Origin: Chthoniobacteraceae bacterium
GTDB lineage: Bacteria > Verrucomicrobiota > Verrucomicrobiia > Chthoniobacterales > Chthoniobacteraceae
Assembly: GCA_031409655.1 (NCBI GenBank)
Contig: JANNXQ010000012.1
Coordinates: forward strand, 43,509-107,508
Length of the DNA stretch: 64,000 nt
Reading direction: 5' to 3'
Of the stretch, positions 36,898 through 46,299 are shown one piece after another (the first letter of the stretch is position 1; every line of letters begins with the position of its first letter). The position numbers were made by a program, and so were the translations under genes. The notes beneath the pieces were generated by a model. It worked only from the letters and a program-made list of their open reading frames with translations, ran no database searches and was not told the DNA's origin.

Positions 36898-36962
36898 GCG
36901 GGACAGAGCGGTGGACTAAGGGCACGAGGGGTGCGTAAGTCGGCTCGTTCACGGAACCCATT

Positions 36963-38006
36963 ATGAGCCGCAAGACTATCGTCATCCTTTCATTGCTGGT
37001 GCTCGCGGTCGCGGGGCTCTTTTTTGTCGGGCCCGTGGAGAGGGTGCTGAATGATCCCGCGCCATCACCCGAGGCCATGGCCGGGACGGAAGTGATCGAT
37101 AAACCGCTGACCGTGCCGCTGCCGGAGCCAGTGCCCGAAATCGAGCCAGTGCCGCTTTCGACCCCCCTCAGCAAACGACTCGTGATCCGGGAGTCGGTGG
37201 ATGTGCCGGTGCCGGAAGGCTCGGTGCGGCTGCTGCGCGGCATGGCGGTGTCGCTCGCGAAGGATGGCGGCGAAAAGGTGGACGTGAAATTTGGCAATGT
37301 CCGCAAGCCCACTCAGGTGACGGTGCCGCGGGGTGCGTTGGCGAATCGCGAGCAGCAGAGTGAGCCATCGACCTTCGGGCCGGTCGTCGCCCTGCAGAAG
37401 ACGGTGAACAATATCTTCCAGGCGCCAGCCGGGAGCCTGGCGGTCGAGGCAAAGGAGATCGGGACGGGGCGCGGCGTCGCGCGCAGTTATGGCGTCGGAT
37501 CGGAGTGGGATCGCACGGACAAGGAAACCTTCCGGACGAAAGGGCTCGCGGTGACGTTTCGGAATCTGAGCCGGCGGCCGACGGGGGATTGCGAGATCGT
37601 CGTCTGCTGGGTGGGCCGACGGCTCGCCGATGATACGCGCCACATCAGCCACGCGGAGACCTTCCGGGTGAATCTCGCGCCGCTCTCCGAGCATCAGGCC
37701 ACGAGTTGGTGCCCGCTGCTCGATGGGCGGCAGACGAAGTACTCGACGACCGGCGCGACGTTCCTTTCGGGGAGCAAGTTTGACGGTTGGTTTGCGATCG
37801 TGAAGCGGGACAGCCAGGTGCTCGTGGGGCGCGGCGGCACGGACGCTTACGCTACGATCCTCCGCGACCCCGCGCAGCTCGATCTGCTGCTCGCGAGCTG
37901 GGGTGGATCGACGCAGGGAGCGACCAGTTCGATGCCGAAGTGGCGGGACGAGCGTCCCGGTGCGAGCGCGATCCCGAGGCCGCGCACACCACCGACGACT
38001 TACTGA
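36963..38006 (+). CDS. Membrane-anchored hypothetical protein
   Basis: N-terminal hydrophobic helix, Pro-rich linker, globular remainder. Confidence 0.65.
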   Translation: MSRKTIVILSLLVLAVAGLFFVGPVERVLNDPAPSPEAMAGTEVIDKPLTVPLPEPVPEIEPVPLSTPLSKRLVIRESVDVPVPEGSVRLLRGMAVSLAKDGGEKVDVKFGNVRKPTQVTVPRGALANREQQSEPSTFGPVVALQKTVNNIFQAPAGSLAVEAKEIGTGRGVARSYGVGSEWDRTDKETFRTKGLAVTFRNLSRRPTGDCEIVVCWVGRRLADDTRHISHAETFRVNLAPLSEHQATSWCPLLDGRQTKYSTTGATFLSGSKFDGWFAIVKRDSQVLVGRGGTDAYATILRDPAQLDLLLASWGGSTQGATSSMPKWRDERPGASAIPRPRTPPTTY

Positions 38007-38103
38007 AGTCGGAGCCAGCGCTGGACGGCTGCCCCGTCCACCTTTCGCTATTCGAGACGCACAAAGGCTTTTCAGAAAGCACTGTTCCGGGTTGCATCAC
38101 GCC

Positions 38104-38979
38104 ATGCCAAATCCCTGGACCGGAAAAGGAAACCCCTACACTCGACAAGAAGTCTGCGATCGCCTGCGGGCTGCGCTGGAGCGTGGCGAACCCATCATCG
38201 CTGCCGGCGCGGGCACGGGGATCAGCGCGAAATTCATCGAGAAGGGCGGCGCGGACCTCATCATCATTTACAATTCCGGACGCTTCCGCATGGCGGGTCA
38301 CGGCTCCACCTGCGGGCTCATGGCTTACGGCGATGCGAATCAGGTGGCCATGGACATCGGGGAATATGAAGTCCTGCCGATCGTCGAAGAGATCCCGGTG
38401 ATCTGCGGCGTGCATGCCACAGACCCGCGCCGCCGGATGTGGCACTGGCTCGGGCGGGTGAAAGAGATGGGTTTCTCCGGGGTGAATAATTTTCCCACGC
38501 ACACGATCGTCGATGGCCAATTCCGGCGGGTGCTCGAAGAGACCGGGATGGGTGTGCAGAAGGAGTTTGAAATGGTGGCGCTGGCGCATCGCATGGATCT
38601 CTTCACCATCGTCTATGTGGCCACGCCGGAGGAGGCGAAGGCCATGGCCGAGGCGGGTGCGGATGCGATCATCGCGCATGTCGGGACGACGGTCGGCGGG
38701 TCGATCGGCGTGACCGGCGCGGTCGTGCCGATGGATGACGCGGTGCGGCGGACGCAGGCGATCATCGAAGCCGCACGGACGGTGCGGAAGGACATCTTCT
38801 TCCTGAGCCACGGTGGGCCGATCGCCACGCCGGAAGACGCGACGTATGTGAACGAACACACGGACTGCGTGGGCTTCGTCGGCGCGAGTTCGCTGGAGCG
38901 GCTGGGCGTCGAAGCATCGCTCACAGCGTTGACGCGGGAGTTTAAGAAAATCCCGGCCCCCGCGGCGAAGCGCGGCTGA
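38104..38979 (+). CDS. Phosphoenolpyruvate hydrolase / Tm-1-like TIM-barrel family protein
   Basis: GAGTGISAK, IYNSGRFRMAG.GS..GLM.YGDAN, GVNNFPT, LEETGMG, HGGPI, GFVGASSLERL. Confidence 0.85.
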   Translation: MPNPWTGKGNPYTRQEVCDRLRAALERGEPIIAAGAGTGISAKFIEKGGADLIIIYNSGRFRMAGHGSTCGLMAYGDANQVAMDIGEYEVLPIVEEIPVICGVHATDPRRRMWHWLGRVKEMGFSGVNNFPTHTIVDGQFRRVLEETGMGVQKEFEMVALAHRMDLFTIVYVATPEEAKAMAEAGADAIIAHVGTTVGGSIGVTGAVVPMDDAVRRTQAIIEAARTVRKDIFFLSHGGPIATPEDATYVNEHTDCVGFVGASSLERLGVEASLTALTREFKKIPAPAAKRG

Positions 38980-38994
38980 GGGCGGTCCGGGGAG

Positions 38995-40194
38995 CTACAG
39001 CGTCTCGGGAGCCTGGAAGAGCTCGGCGATGCGGGCGAGGAGGCGGCCAGCGGCGCCGCCGTCGAGTACGCGGTGGTCGAAGCTGAGGGTCATCTGCGCT
39101 TCGGTGGCGGGACGGAATTCCTTTTTCGCCGCATCCCACACCGGGACGACGCGACCGGCGCCGAGGCCGAGGACCATGGTCTGCTCGGGGAGCGGGATGG
39201 GTGTGGCCCACTCGAGGGCGAAGCTGCCGAAGTTGGTGACGGTGCCGACGGAGCCGCCTTGCGCATTGGCGGGGAGGCGGCGCTGGCGGGCGAGTTCGAC
39301 GAGTTCATTGTAGCGGGCGACCATGTCGCGGAGCAGCGTCTGGTCGGCATTGCGGATGACGGGAACGAGCACGCCGTCTTCGGCTTCGACGGCGAAACCG
39401 ACATCGACGGATTTCGGATGCACGATGTGGCCACCGATGAGGCGGCCGGCCGGCGCGCTGTTTTCACCGAGCGCGAGCGCGAGCGCGCGCAGGGCGTAGA
39501 GCGCGGGGCCGGCCTTCGGCGAGCTGGCTTTGCGATGCGCGAGCAGGAGGTCGAGTTGCACGCTGCGACCGACGGTGGCGAGGGGTCGCGCCCAGGAGCG
39601 GCGCATGGCATCGGCCACGGCGACGCGCATGGTGGAGGCGGGCGTGAGTTTGTGTTCGTTGAGGCGATCGAGAAATTTTTCAAAGTCCTCGACCGTCACG
39701 CGGCCAGCGGCGCCGCTGCCGGCGATGCCCGCGAGGTCCGCGGCGTGCAGACCGAGTTCATTCATCCGCGCCTTCATCCGCGGGGACATGTAACTCGCCC
39801 CGGCAGCGTGGGCGGGGACGGGCAATCCGCGCACCGTGGGAGCGACGCCTGGGCGCGGCTTGGCGGCTTCCGCATTCTTCGGGTGTCCGTTCTGCGGTTG
39901 CACGTCGCGGTCGGGCGGGAGCGTGTCGAGGCCAAGCCGCCGGGCTTCCGCCTCGCTTACTTCGAGCCAGCCGAGGGTCGCGCCGACGGGATAACTTTGC
40001 TGCAACTCGACGGTGAGTTCCGCGAGCTTGCCGGTGCAGGGTGCGGTCACGCCCATCGTCGCCTTATTCGTCTCCACCTCGATGATCTCCTGATCGCTGG
40101 TGATCTCCGCGCCGACCTCGAAAGGGATACGGACGATCGTGGCCTCGGCGATGGACTCGCCGAGCTGCGGCATGATGATGGGGATGCGGGGCAT
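38995..40194 (-). CDS. 2-oxoacid dehydrogenase E2 (dihydrolipoamide acyltransferase)
   Basis: MPQLGESI, lipoyl VETNKA, E3-binding GSGAAGRVT.ED, SFDHRVLDG. Confidence 0.92.
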   Translation of the reverse strand: MPRIPIIMPQLGESIAEATIVRIPFEVGAEITSDQEIIEVETNKATMGVTAPCTGKLAELTVELQQSYPVGATLGWLEVSEAEARRLGLDTLPPDRDVQPQNGHPKNAEAAKPRPGVAPTVRGLPVPAHAAGASYMSPRMKARMNELGLHAADLAGIAGSGAAGRVTVEDFEKFLDRLNEHKLTPASTMRVAVADAMRRSWARPLATVGRSVQLDLLLAHRKASSPKAGPALYALRALALALGENSAPAGRLIGGHIVHPKSVDVGFAVEAEDGVLVPVIRNADQTLLRDMVARYNELVELARQRRLPANAQGGSVGTVTNFGSFALEWATPIPLPEQTMVLGLGAGRVVPVWDAAKKEFRPATEAQMTLSFDHRVLDGGAAGRLLARIAELFQAPETL

Positions 40195-40197
40195 GGC

Positions 40198-40636
40198 GAA
40201 AGGATGAAGGATGAAGGATGAAGGATGAGGGATGAAGTGGGCTAGCGTGCTGTTGCCTTTTTCACGATCGTGACCAGCATGGCGGTGAGTTCCTCAGTTT
40301 CCTGATGAAGCAATTCCAGTCGTTCGGGTGCGACGATTTTCCCCTCGCCGAGCAGCTCTAGCCAATAGCCGGTTTCTTCGAGTTCCTGCAATGCACCTTC
40401 TATCTTGCTCACGAAATCGGCGTCCGACTTGGCGCGCTTCGCCTCACGATAGTGCGCGCCCACCGAAGTGGCAGATCGCAGCATCTGTCTGCCGAGGATT
40501 CGGGCCTCCTCTGTTTTTGGAAGGGACACGAACAGCTTGATACAACGGAGGGCGAATCGCTTGGTGCGCTGACGCAAGTCGCCTTCCGTTGCTCCACTCT
40601 TTTCTTCATCCTTCATCCTTCATCCCTAATCCTTTC
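40198..40636. mobile_element. Putative intervening element: four-helix-bundle gene bracketed by inverted (AGGATGA)n / (TCATCCT)n arrays
   Basis: Left array 40198-40237 (5 units), right array 40604-40636 (4 units) in inverted orientation. Occupies the whole gap between E1b stop and E2 start. Mobility is inferred. Confidence 0.6.
40242..40616 (-). CDS. Four helix bundle protein (23S rRNA intervening-sequence protein family)
   Basis: LRQRTKRFAL, QMLRSATSVGAHYREA.RA.S.ADFVSK, ELEETGYWLELL. The start codon lies inside the heptamer array. Confidence 0.92.
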   Translation of the reverse strand: MKDEEKSGATEGDLRQRTKRFALRCIKLFVSLPKTEEARILGRQMLRSATSVGAHYREAKRAKSDADFVSKIEGALQELEETGYWLELLGEGKIVAPERLELLHQETEELTAMLVTIVKKATAR

Positions 40637-41598
40637 TAACTGCGGAGCAAATCGCGCATGGCCACGGCGATGGTCCGCGCGGTCGGGCGATGGGTGCCCC
40701 AGAGGTTCGGGTGATAGGGGACGGGCGTGTCTTTGGCGTTGAGACGTTTTGGTGGGGCGTCGAGGAGATCGAAGCCATCCGTGGCCACGCGGGCGACGAT
40801 TTCCGCGGTGACGCCGCCCCAGGGCCAGGCTTCGCCGACGGCGAGCAGGCGGCCGGTGCGGGCGACGCTGGCGAGGACGGTGTCGGTGTCGAGCGGTTTG
40901 ATGGAACGCAGGTCGATCACTTCGATCTCCGAGCCTTCGGTGGCGAGTTCTTCGGCACAGGCAAGGGCTTCGTGGACCATGGCGCTGTAGGTCACGATGG
41001 TCGCGTCGCGGCCCATGCGCGCGATGCGGGCTTTGCCGGTGGGCACGGCTTCCTTCGGGAGCGCTTCGGCTTTGAGGTGATAGTACAGGTACTTGTGCTC
41101 GCAGAAGACGACGGGGTCATCGATGGCGACCGCTTCGAGGAGCATGGAGTAAGCGTCCTCGACGGTCGCCGGTGTCATGACGATGAGGCCAGGGTAGTGC
41201 GCATAGAGACCCTCCATGCTCTGGCTGTGAAAAGGGCCGCCGCCCGAGGTGCCGCCGCTCGGCAGGCGCACGGTGATGGGGCAGGGGACGCGGGTGCGCC
41301 AGTGCATGGTCGCGGCGTGGTTGACGATCTGGTTGAAGCCCACGGTCGAGAAATCCGCGAACTGCATCTCGACGATCGGCCTCATGCCTTCGATGGCCGC
41401 GCCGATGGCTGCGCCGATGATCGCATCTTCGCTGATCGGCGCATCGAGCACGCGTCCGGGAAATTCCTTCGCGAGTCCTTTCGTCGCCTTGAAGGCCCCG
41501 CCGAACTGCCCCACGTCCTGACCGTAAACGAAGACCCGCGGATCTTCACTCAGCGCCCGGGCTTGGGCTTCGCGGATGGCTTCGAGATAGGTGATCAT
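40636..41598 (-). CDS. 2-oxoacid dehydrogenase E1 beta subunit
   Basis: GQDVG.FGGAF.AT.GL, DAPISE, EMQFADF, HSQS.E, IDLRSIKPLD. Confidence 0.95.
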   Translation of the reverse strand: MITYLEAIREAQARALSEDPRVFVYGQDVGQFGGAFKATKGLAKEFPGRVLDAPISEDAIIGAAIGAAIEGMRPIVEMQFADFSTVGFNQIVNHAATMHWRTRVPCPITVRLPSGGTSGGGPFHSQSMEGLYAHYPGLIVMTPATVEDAYSMLLEAVAIDDPVVFCEHKYLYYHLKAEALPKEAVPTGKARIARMGRDATIVTYSAMVHEALACAEELATEGSEIEVIDLRSIKPLDTDTVLASVARTGRLLAVGEAWPWGGVTAEIVARVATDGFDLLDAPPKRLNAKDTPVPYHPNLWGTHRPTARTIAVAMRDLLRS

Positions 41599-42629
41599 TC
41601 GCCGCTGAACCCATCGGTGAGTTGGCGATTGGAAAGCGCGCACCAGTCCTCTTCATCGGGATCGGGGAGGGGCTCGCGGATCGTGGTGGCGATGGCGGCT
41701 TCCACCTGCGCGCTCGCTTCGGTCTGCCATTGGCGGAGCGTCGCGGCATCCGTCCAGCCTTCGCTGAGAAAGCGCTGCTCCGCGACTTTCAGGCAATCGC
41801 GCCCCGTCGCGGATTGCTTTAAGCGGGGATCGACGTAGCCCGCGTCATCATGCTCGCCGTGGCCGACGAGGCGCAGGAGCGTGGCGACGACGAGTTGCGG
41901 ACCGTGGCCGGAGCGTGCGCGCTCGACGGCGCGCCCGACGACGGTGAGACAGGCCGCGAGGTCGGTGCCATCCACGGTGTGTCCCTCGACGCCGTAGCCG
42001 ATCGCTTTATCGACGAGGTGCCGACAGGCAAACTGCCGCGCGTTCGGCGTGGAGTAGGCGTATTGATTATTCGCGACGACGACGACCAGCGGCAGCTTCT
42101 CGACCGCCGCAAGATTGAGCCCTTCGTGGAAAGCGCCGGTCGAGGTGCCTCCCTCGCCAATACACGTCGCGCCGACCGCGCCGGTGAGACCTTGAAAACG
42201 CCGCGCCATGAGTGCGCCGGCGACGGTGGGGATCATCGCGCCGAGATGGCTGATCATCGCGTAGTAGCCTTCGCGCGGGCGGCCGCGGTGAATATTCCCA
42301 TCGCGACCGAGCATCGGGCCGAGGCGCGAGCCGAGATAGGTGCGCGTGTAGTCGAGCAAGGCCTCGCCGAAGGCAAAGCGTCCGGCCTGATCGCGGATCA
42401 GCGGCGCGAAGATGTCGCCTTCGCGCAAGGCCACGCCGACGGAGGCGCTGAGCGCTTCCTGGCCTTTCCCGAGAAAGACGCCGCCGATTATTTTCCCGCC
42501 CCGATAGAGATTGGCGATCCGATCCTCGGCGGTCCGCGCGAGCAACATCCAGCGATACGCTTGGAGGCAAGCGTCTTTGAGATCGGTAGGCTCTGCGCAG
42601 GATGCGCGGGCCGCGGTCGTTTGAACCAT
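41595..42629 (-). CDS. 2-oxoacid dehydrogenase E1 alpha subunit
   Basis: GQEA, TPP motif GEGGTSTGAFHE.LN...NNQYAYS, RL.GHGEHDD. Confidence 0.93.
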   Translation of the reverse strand: MVQTTAARASCAEPTDLKDACLQAYRWMLLARTAEDRIANLYRGGKIIGGVFLGKGQEALSASVGVALREGDIFAPLIRDQAGRFAFGEALLDYTRTYLGSRLGPMLGRDGNIHRGRPREGYYAMISHLGAMIPTVAGALMARRFQGLTGAVGATCIGEGGTSTGAFHEGLNLAAVEKLPLVVVVANNQYAYSTPNARQFACRHLVDKAIGYGVEGHTVDGTDLAACLTVVGRAVERARSGHGPQLVVATLLRLVGHGEHDDAGYVDPRLKQSATGRDCLKVAEQRFLSEGWTDAATLRQWQTEASAQVEAAIATTIREPLPDPDEEDWCALSNRQLTDGFSGE

Positions 42630-42819
42630 GCGCGGGATAGTAGGGAGCGTGGTGCGACGCGTGCAATTGAAGAAATGGCGGATGCGGCGGGTGGTCATCC
42701 TGGCATCCGCAACGCTCCGCGCCAGAGCTGATGAAGATGACGATGCTGAGAATGAGCAGGAGCGAGCCGCCCACTTTCTCTTGGCAAGGCCCGTCCCGTC
42801 TCCGTTTAATCCCCGTCCC

Positions 42820-43959
42820 TTGAAGCTCCTCGACCGTTACGTCCTCCGCAATTTCCTGGAGCCCTTCCTCATCTGCTTCTTCGGGTTCATCGCCATCTGG
42901 CTCATTTTCGATCTGGCGGATAACGGGCCCGACTTCACGCAGGCGAAGGCGTCTTTCAAGGCGGTCGCCTTTTTCTACCTCACGCAACTCCCGCAGACGG
43001 TGGTGATCTCGCTGCCGATCGGCTTGCTCCTCGGCCTGCTCTATTCGCTGAGCCAGATGTCGCGCTCGCAGGAGATCATCTCCATGCTCACCGCTGGGCG
43101 CAGTGTGCCGCGGGTGATCCTGCCTTTGATCGTCGTGGGGCTCATCGCCACGGCGGTCTGCATGGTGCTGAACTACCGCCTCGCGCCCCACGCCGAATCG
43201 ATCCGCAAAATTGCCCTCGAGCAGATCAGCCGCGGGCGGCGGGCCGGGGAGATTGAGCCGGTGAAAGGGCATCTCTTTCGCGATCGGCTCACGAATCGCA
43301 TCTGGTTCGCGCGTCGCTTCACGCCAGGCTCCTTGCAGCTCGATGGCGTCCAAGTCGCGCAGCAGGACGCCGCTGGCCGGATCACGAAGAAGTGGTACGC
43401 GCTGCGGGCGGTCTATGATCCGCGGGCGCGGGAGTGGACGCTCAATCGCGGGATCTCTGTCGAGTTTTCGGAAAATGGCGACATCGCGAAGACGGACGAT
43501 TTTCAGGATTCCTATCGCACCATCAAAGACTGGAGCGAAACGCCGTGGCGGGTGGGCAGTGTGCGGCTGGATGCGCAGGGGCTCTCGGTGCCGGAGTTGC
43601 GCGAGTATCTCCAGCACAATGTCGATTTCCCCGACGTGCAACTCGCGCCCTACCGCGCCACCCTGTCCGATCGCTGGGCGCTGCCCTGGACCTGTCTGAT
43701 CGTCGTCTTCGTGGCCGCGCCGCTCGGCATCGTCTTCTCGCGGCAGGGAGTACTCGCGGGCGTCGCCAGCTCCATCTTCATCTTCTTCGGCATGGTCATG
43801 GTCCGTTACCTTTTCCTCGCACTGGGCAAAGGCAACCGCATCGACCCTTGGATCGCGCCGTGGGTGCCGAATGCGATCTTCCTCTTCGTCGGCCTCGTGC
43901 TGCTTTGGTTCCGCACGACGAACCGCGATCTCCCGAGGCTGCGCCTGCGGAAAGGATGA
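42820..43959 (+). CDS. LptF/LptG family LPS export permease
   Basis: KLLDRYV start, LPIGLLLG.L..L....RSQEI.SM..AG.S, periplasmic beta domain, APWVPN. TTG start inferred. Confidence 0.9.
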   Translation: MKLLDRYVLRNFLEPFLICFFGFIAIWLIFDLADNGPDFTQAKASFKAVAFFYLTQLPQTVVISLPIGLLLGLLYSLSQMSRSQEIISMLTAGRSVPRVILPLIVVGLIATAVCMVLNYRLAPHAESIRKIALEQISRGRRAGEIEPVKGHLFRDRLTNRIWFARRFTPGSLQLDGVQVAQQDAAGRITKKWYALRAVYDPRAREWTLNRGISVEFSENGDIAKTDDFQDSYRTIKDWSETPWRVGSVRLDAQGLSVPELREYLQHNVDFPDVQLAPYRATLSDRWALPWTCLIVVFVAAPLGIVFSRQGVLAGVASSIFIFFGMVMVRYLFLALGKGNRIDPWIAPWVPNAIFLFVGLVLLWFRTTNRDLPRLRLRKG

Positions 43960-44060
43960 AGGCGGAAGGATGAAGGCTGAAGTAGTCAGCGCTGCGCGCC
44001 GCGGTGTCGATTTTCCACCACTCTTCACTTCATCCTTCATCCTTCATCCTTCATCCTTTC
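43950..44060. repeat. Inverted heptamer arrays with short spacer (gene-less derivative of the 40198-40636 element)
   Basis: GAAAGGATGA-AGGCGGA-AGGATGA-AGGCTGA...(TCATCCT)x4-TTC; spacer ends resemble both ends of the four-helix-bundle gene. Confidence 0.8.
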
Positions 44061-44063
44061 CCC

Positions 44064-44639
44064 ATGACTCAAGACTGGACCATCCAAGGCCGCTCGCATT
44101 CCTGCTCCTCCACGGGGCGGGATTTTAGTGAGGGCGAATTTTTTTACACGTTGCTCTTCGATGAACCGGCGGGCTTTCGGCGCGAAGATTGGTGCGAGGA
44201 GGCCTTCAAAGCGCGGCCTGCGGAGGCGGCCGCACCGTATTCGCAGTGGCGGGCGAAGTATCAGCCGCCCGCGCCCCCGCCGCCGGAAGCGCTCGGCAAG
44301 CAGACCGCGGAAGACCTGCTCCGCCGCTACATGGACGAGGACACGCCGCAGCACACGAATGCGCGCTACCTGCTCGGGGTCATGCTCGAACGTAAACGCT
44401 TGCTCAAAGAGGTGGAGGTGAAAAAGGGCGACGATGGGCAGATCGTCCGCATCTACGTCCACAACAAGACGGGCGAGGTTTTCATCGTGCCTGACCCGCA
44501 GCTCCGGCTCGATCAACTCGCGGCCTTGCAGGTGGAGCTGTCCGGCCTGCTTTCGCCCGAGGCCGCTGCCGCGCCGATGGCGCCCCCGGAAGAGTCGCCG
44601 GTCCCCGCAGAGACCTCCGAAACTCCCGCTGAGCCATGA
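44064..44639 (+). CDS. Conserved-looking hypothetical protein
   Basis: W.I..R...C..TG..F..GE..Y..L...R.D...W motif, YLL.VMLERKRLLK, F.V.DP.L; acidic Pro-rich tail. Confidence 0.7.
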   Translation: MTQDWTIQGRSHSCSSTGRDFSEGEFFYTLLFDEPAGFRREDWCEEAFKARPAEAAAPYSQWRAKYQPPAPPPPEALGKQTAEDLLRRYMDEDTPQHTNARYLLGVMLERKRLLKEVEVKKGDDGQIVRIYVHNKTGEVFIVPDPQLRLDQLAALQVELSGLLSPEAAAAPMAPPEESPVPAETSETPAEP

Positions 44640-45100
44640 GCCACGAAGCCCGTCTCGCCGCGCTCGGCGTCGAACTCCCCGCCGCGCCTGTGCCCGTCGC
44701 CGTTTACCAGCCGCTCGTCATCGCGGGCGGACTCGCCTACGTGTCCGGTCACGGACCCGTGCTGCCCGATGGGAGCAAGATCACCGGAGTCGTCGGACGC
44801 GATCTGGGCATCGCTGGCGGGCACGGCGCAGCGCGGCAAGTCGGCCTCGCGATCCTCGCCACGCTGCGTTCGGAGCTGGGTTCACTGGACCGGGTGGCGC
44901 GGGTGGTGAAGGTGCTCGGGATGGTGAATTCCGCGCCGGATTTCTACGAGCATCCGAAGGTCATCAATGGCTGCAGCGAGCTTTTCGCCGATGTCTTCGG
45001 CCCCGCTGCCGGGGTCGGTGCGCGCAGCGCCGTGGGCCTGGGACCGCTGCCCGGAAACATCGCTGTGGAGATCGAGGCCATCTTCGAACTCGTCCCATGA
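44636..45100 (+). CDS. RidA/YjgF family protein
   Basis: YVSGHGP, VVKV.GMVNS, P.VINGCSEL...VFG, ARSAVG...LP.NIAVEIE. Confidence 0.92.
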   Translation: MSHEARLAALGVELPAAPVPVAVYQPLVIAGGLAYVSGHGPVLPDGSKITGVVGRDLGIAGGHGAARQVGLAILATLRSELGSLDRVARVVKVLGMVNSAPDFYEHPKVINGCSELFADVFGPAAGVGARSAVGLGPLPGNIAVEIEAIFELVP

Positions 45101-46206
45101 TGTCCGACTGGTTCCGCCCGGAAAATGAGCGCGACATTCCCTCGCCGGGACTGCTGCTCATCTCCGAGCGCATCGACGCGAATCTCCGGTTGATGGTCGA
45201 ACTCGCGGGCGATCCCGCGCGGCTCCGGCCGCACGTAAAAACGCACAAGCTCGGCCCGATCGTGCAGCGCCAACTCGCGCTCGGCATCACGAAGTACAAA
45301 TGCGCGACCATCGCCGAGGCCGAGATGACGGCGGAGGCGGGCGCGCCGGAGGTGCTCCTTTCCTTCCCCGCAGTCGGTCCGAACATCGCGCGCCTCTGCG
45401 CCCTCGTGCGCCATTTCCCGGCCACGAAATTCTCCGCGATCGCCGACAACGCGCCGACCATCCGTGGTCTGAGCGCGGGCGCGCGCGCCGCTGGTCTCGC
45501 GCTCGACGTCTTCCTCGATCTCGATTGCGACATGCAGCGCACCGGCATCGCGCCCGGCCCGGAAGCCGTCACCCTCTATCGCCTCCTCACCACCACGCCC
45601 GCCCTCCGCGCTGCGGGCCTGCACGCTTACGACGGGCACATTCAAGAATCCGATCCCGCTGCGCGCGCGGCCAAGTGCGACGCGGATTTCGCGCCAGTGC
45701 TGGCCTTGCGCGATCAACTCACCGCCGCTGGCCTGCCCGTGCCCGCGCTCATCGCCGCCGGCTCGCCTACCTTTCCGTGCCATGCGCGCTTTCCCGATCG
45801 CGAACTCAGCCCCGGCACCACGGTCCTCTGGGATTTCGGCTACGGCGACAAATTCCCCGACCTCGCTTTCCAGCCCGCCGCGGTGCTGCTCACACGCGTC
45901 ATCAGCAAGCCCGGCGCGAATCGGCTCTGCCTCGATCTCGGACACAAAGCGGTGGCCTCCGAAATGCCGCATCCCCGCGTGCGCCTCCTCGAACTCCCCG
46001 ACGCCGTGCCCGTGGTGCATAGCGAAGAACATCTCGTGATCGAGACCCCGCGGGCCAGCGAGTTCTCCATCGGCGCCACCCTCCACGGCATCCCGCGGCA
46101 CATCTGCCCGACCGTCGCGCTGCACAGCGAAGCCTGGCTGGTGGAAGGCGGCGTGGCCCGCGCACGCTGGCCGATCCTCGCGCGGGCTCGACGGCTGACG
46201 GTGTAG
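45097..46206 (+). CDS. D-threonine aldolase / DSD1-like fold type III PLP enzyme
   Basis: LRPHVKTHK, CATIAEAE, RTG, HAYDGH, DLGHKA, SEEH, HICPTVALH. Confidence 0.9.
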   Translation: MMSDWFRPENERDIPSPGLLLISERIDANLRLMVELAGDPARLRPHVKTHKLGPIVQRQLALGITKYKCATIAEAEMTAEAGAPEVLLSFPAVGPNIARLCALVRHFPATKFSAIADNAPTIRGLSAGARAAGLALDVFLDLDCDMQRTGIAPGPEAVTLYRLLTTTPALRAAGLHAYDGHIQESDPAARAAKCDADFAPVLALRDQLTAAGLPVPALIAAGSPTFPCHARFPDRELSPGTTVLWDFGYGDKFPDLAFQPAAVLLTRVISKPGANRLCLDLGHKAVASEMPHPRVRLLELPDAVPVVHSEEHLVIETPRASEFSIGATLHGIPRHICPTVALHSEAWLVEGGVARARWPILARARRLTV

Positions 46207-46299
46207 GCGGAAAATCTCAGGCTTCCCCCTTGTGACCTCCACGGCCTGGCCATTGATCGCGCGCGGCTGCGGCTCCCTTTGCCTTTCACTGAAGCAGCT

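Noticed and set aside
36901..36932. Degenerate 9-bp repeats GGACAGAGC / GGACTAAGG / GCACGAGGG
   Set aside because: Only three poor units and no inverted partner.
40242..40616. Diversity-generating retroelement (Avd-like fold)
   Set aside because: No reverse transcriptase and no template/variable repeat pair seen in the window.
42067..44040. 657-aa minus-strand ORF starting MKDEVKSGG
   Set aside because: Its start is created by the heptamer array; the rest is antisense to the lptG-like gene and off-frame to E1a.
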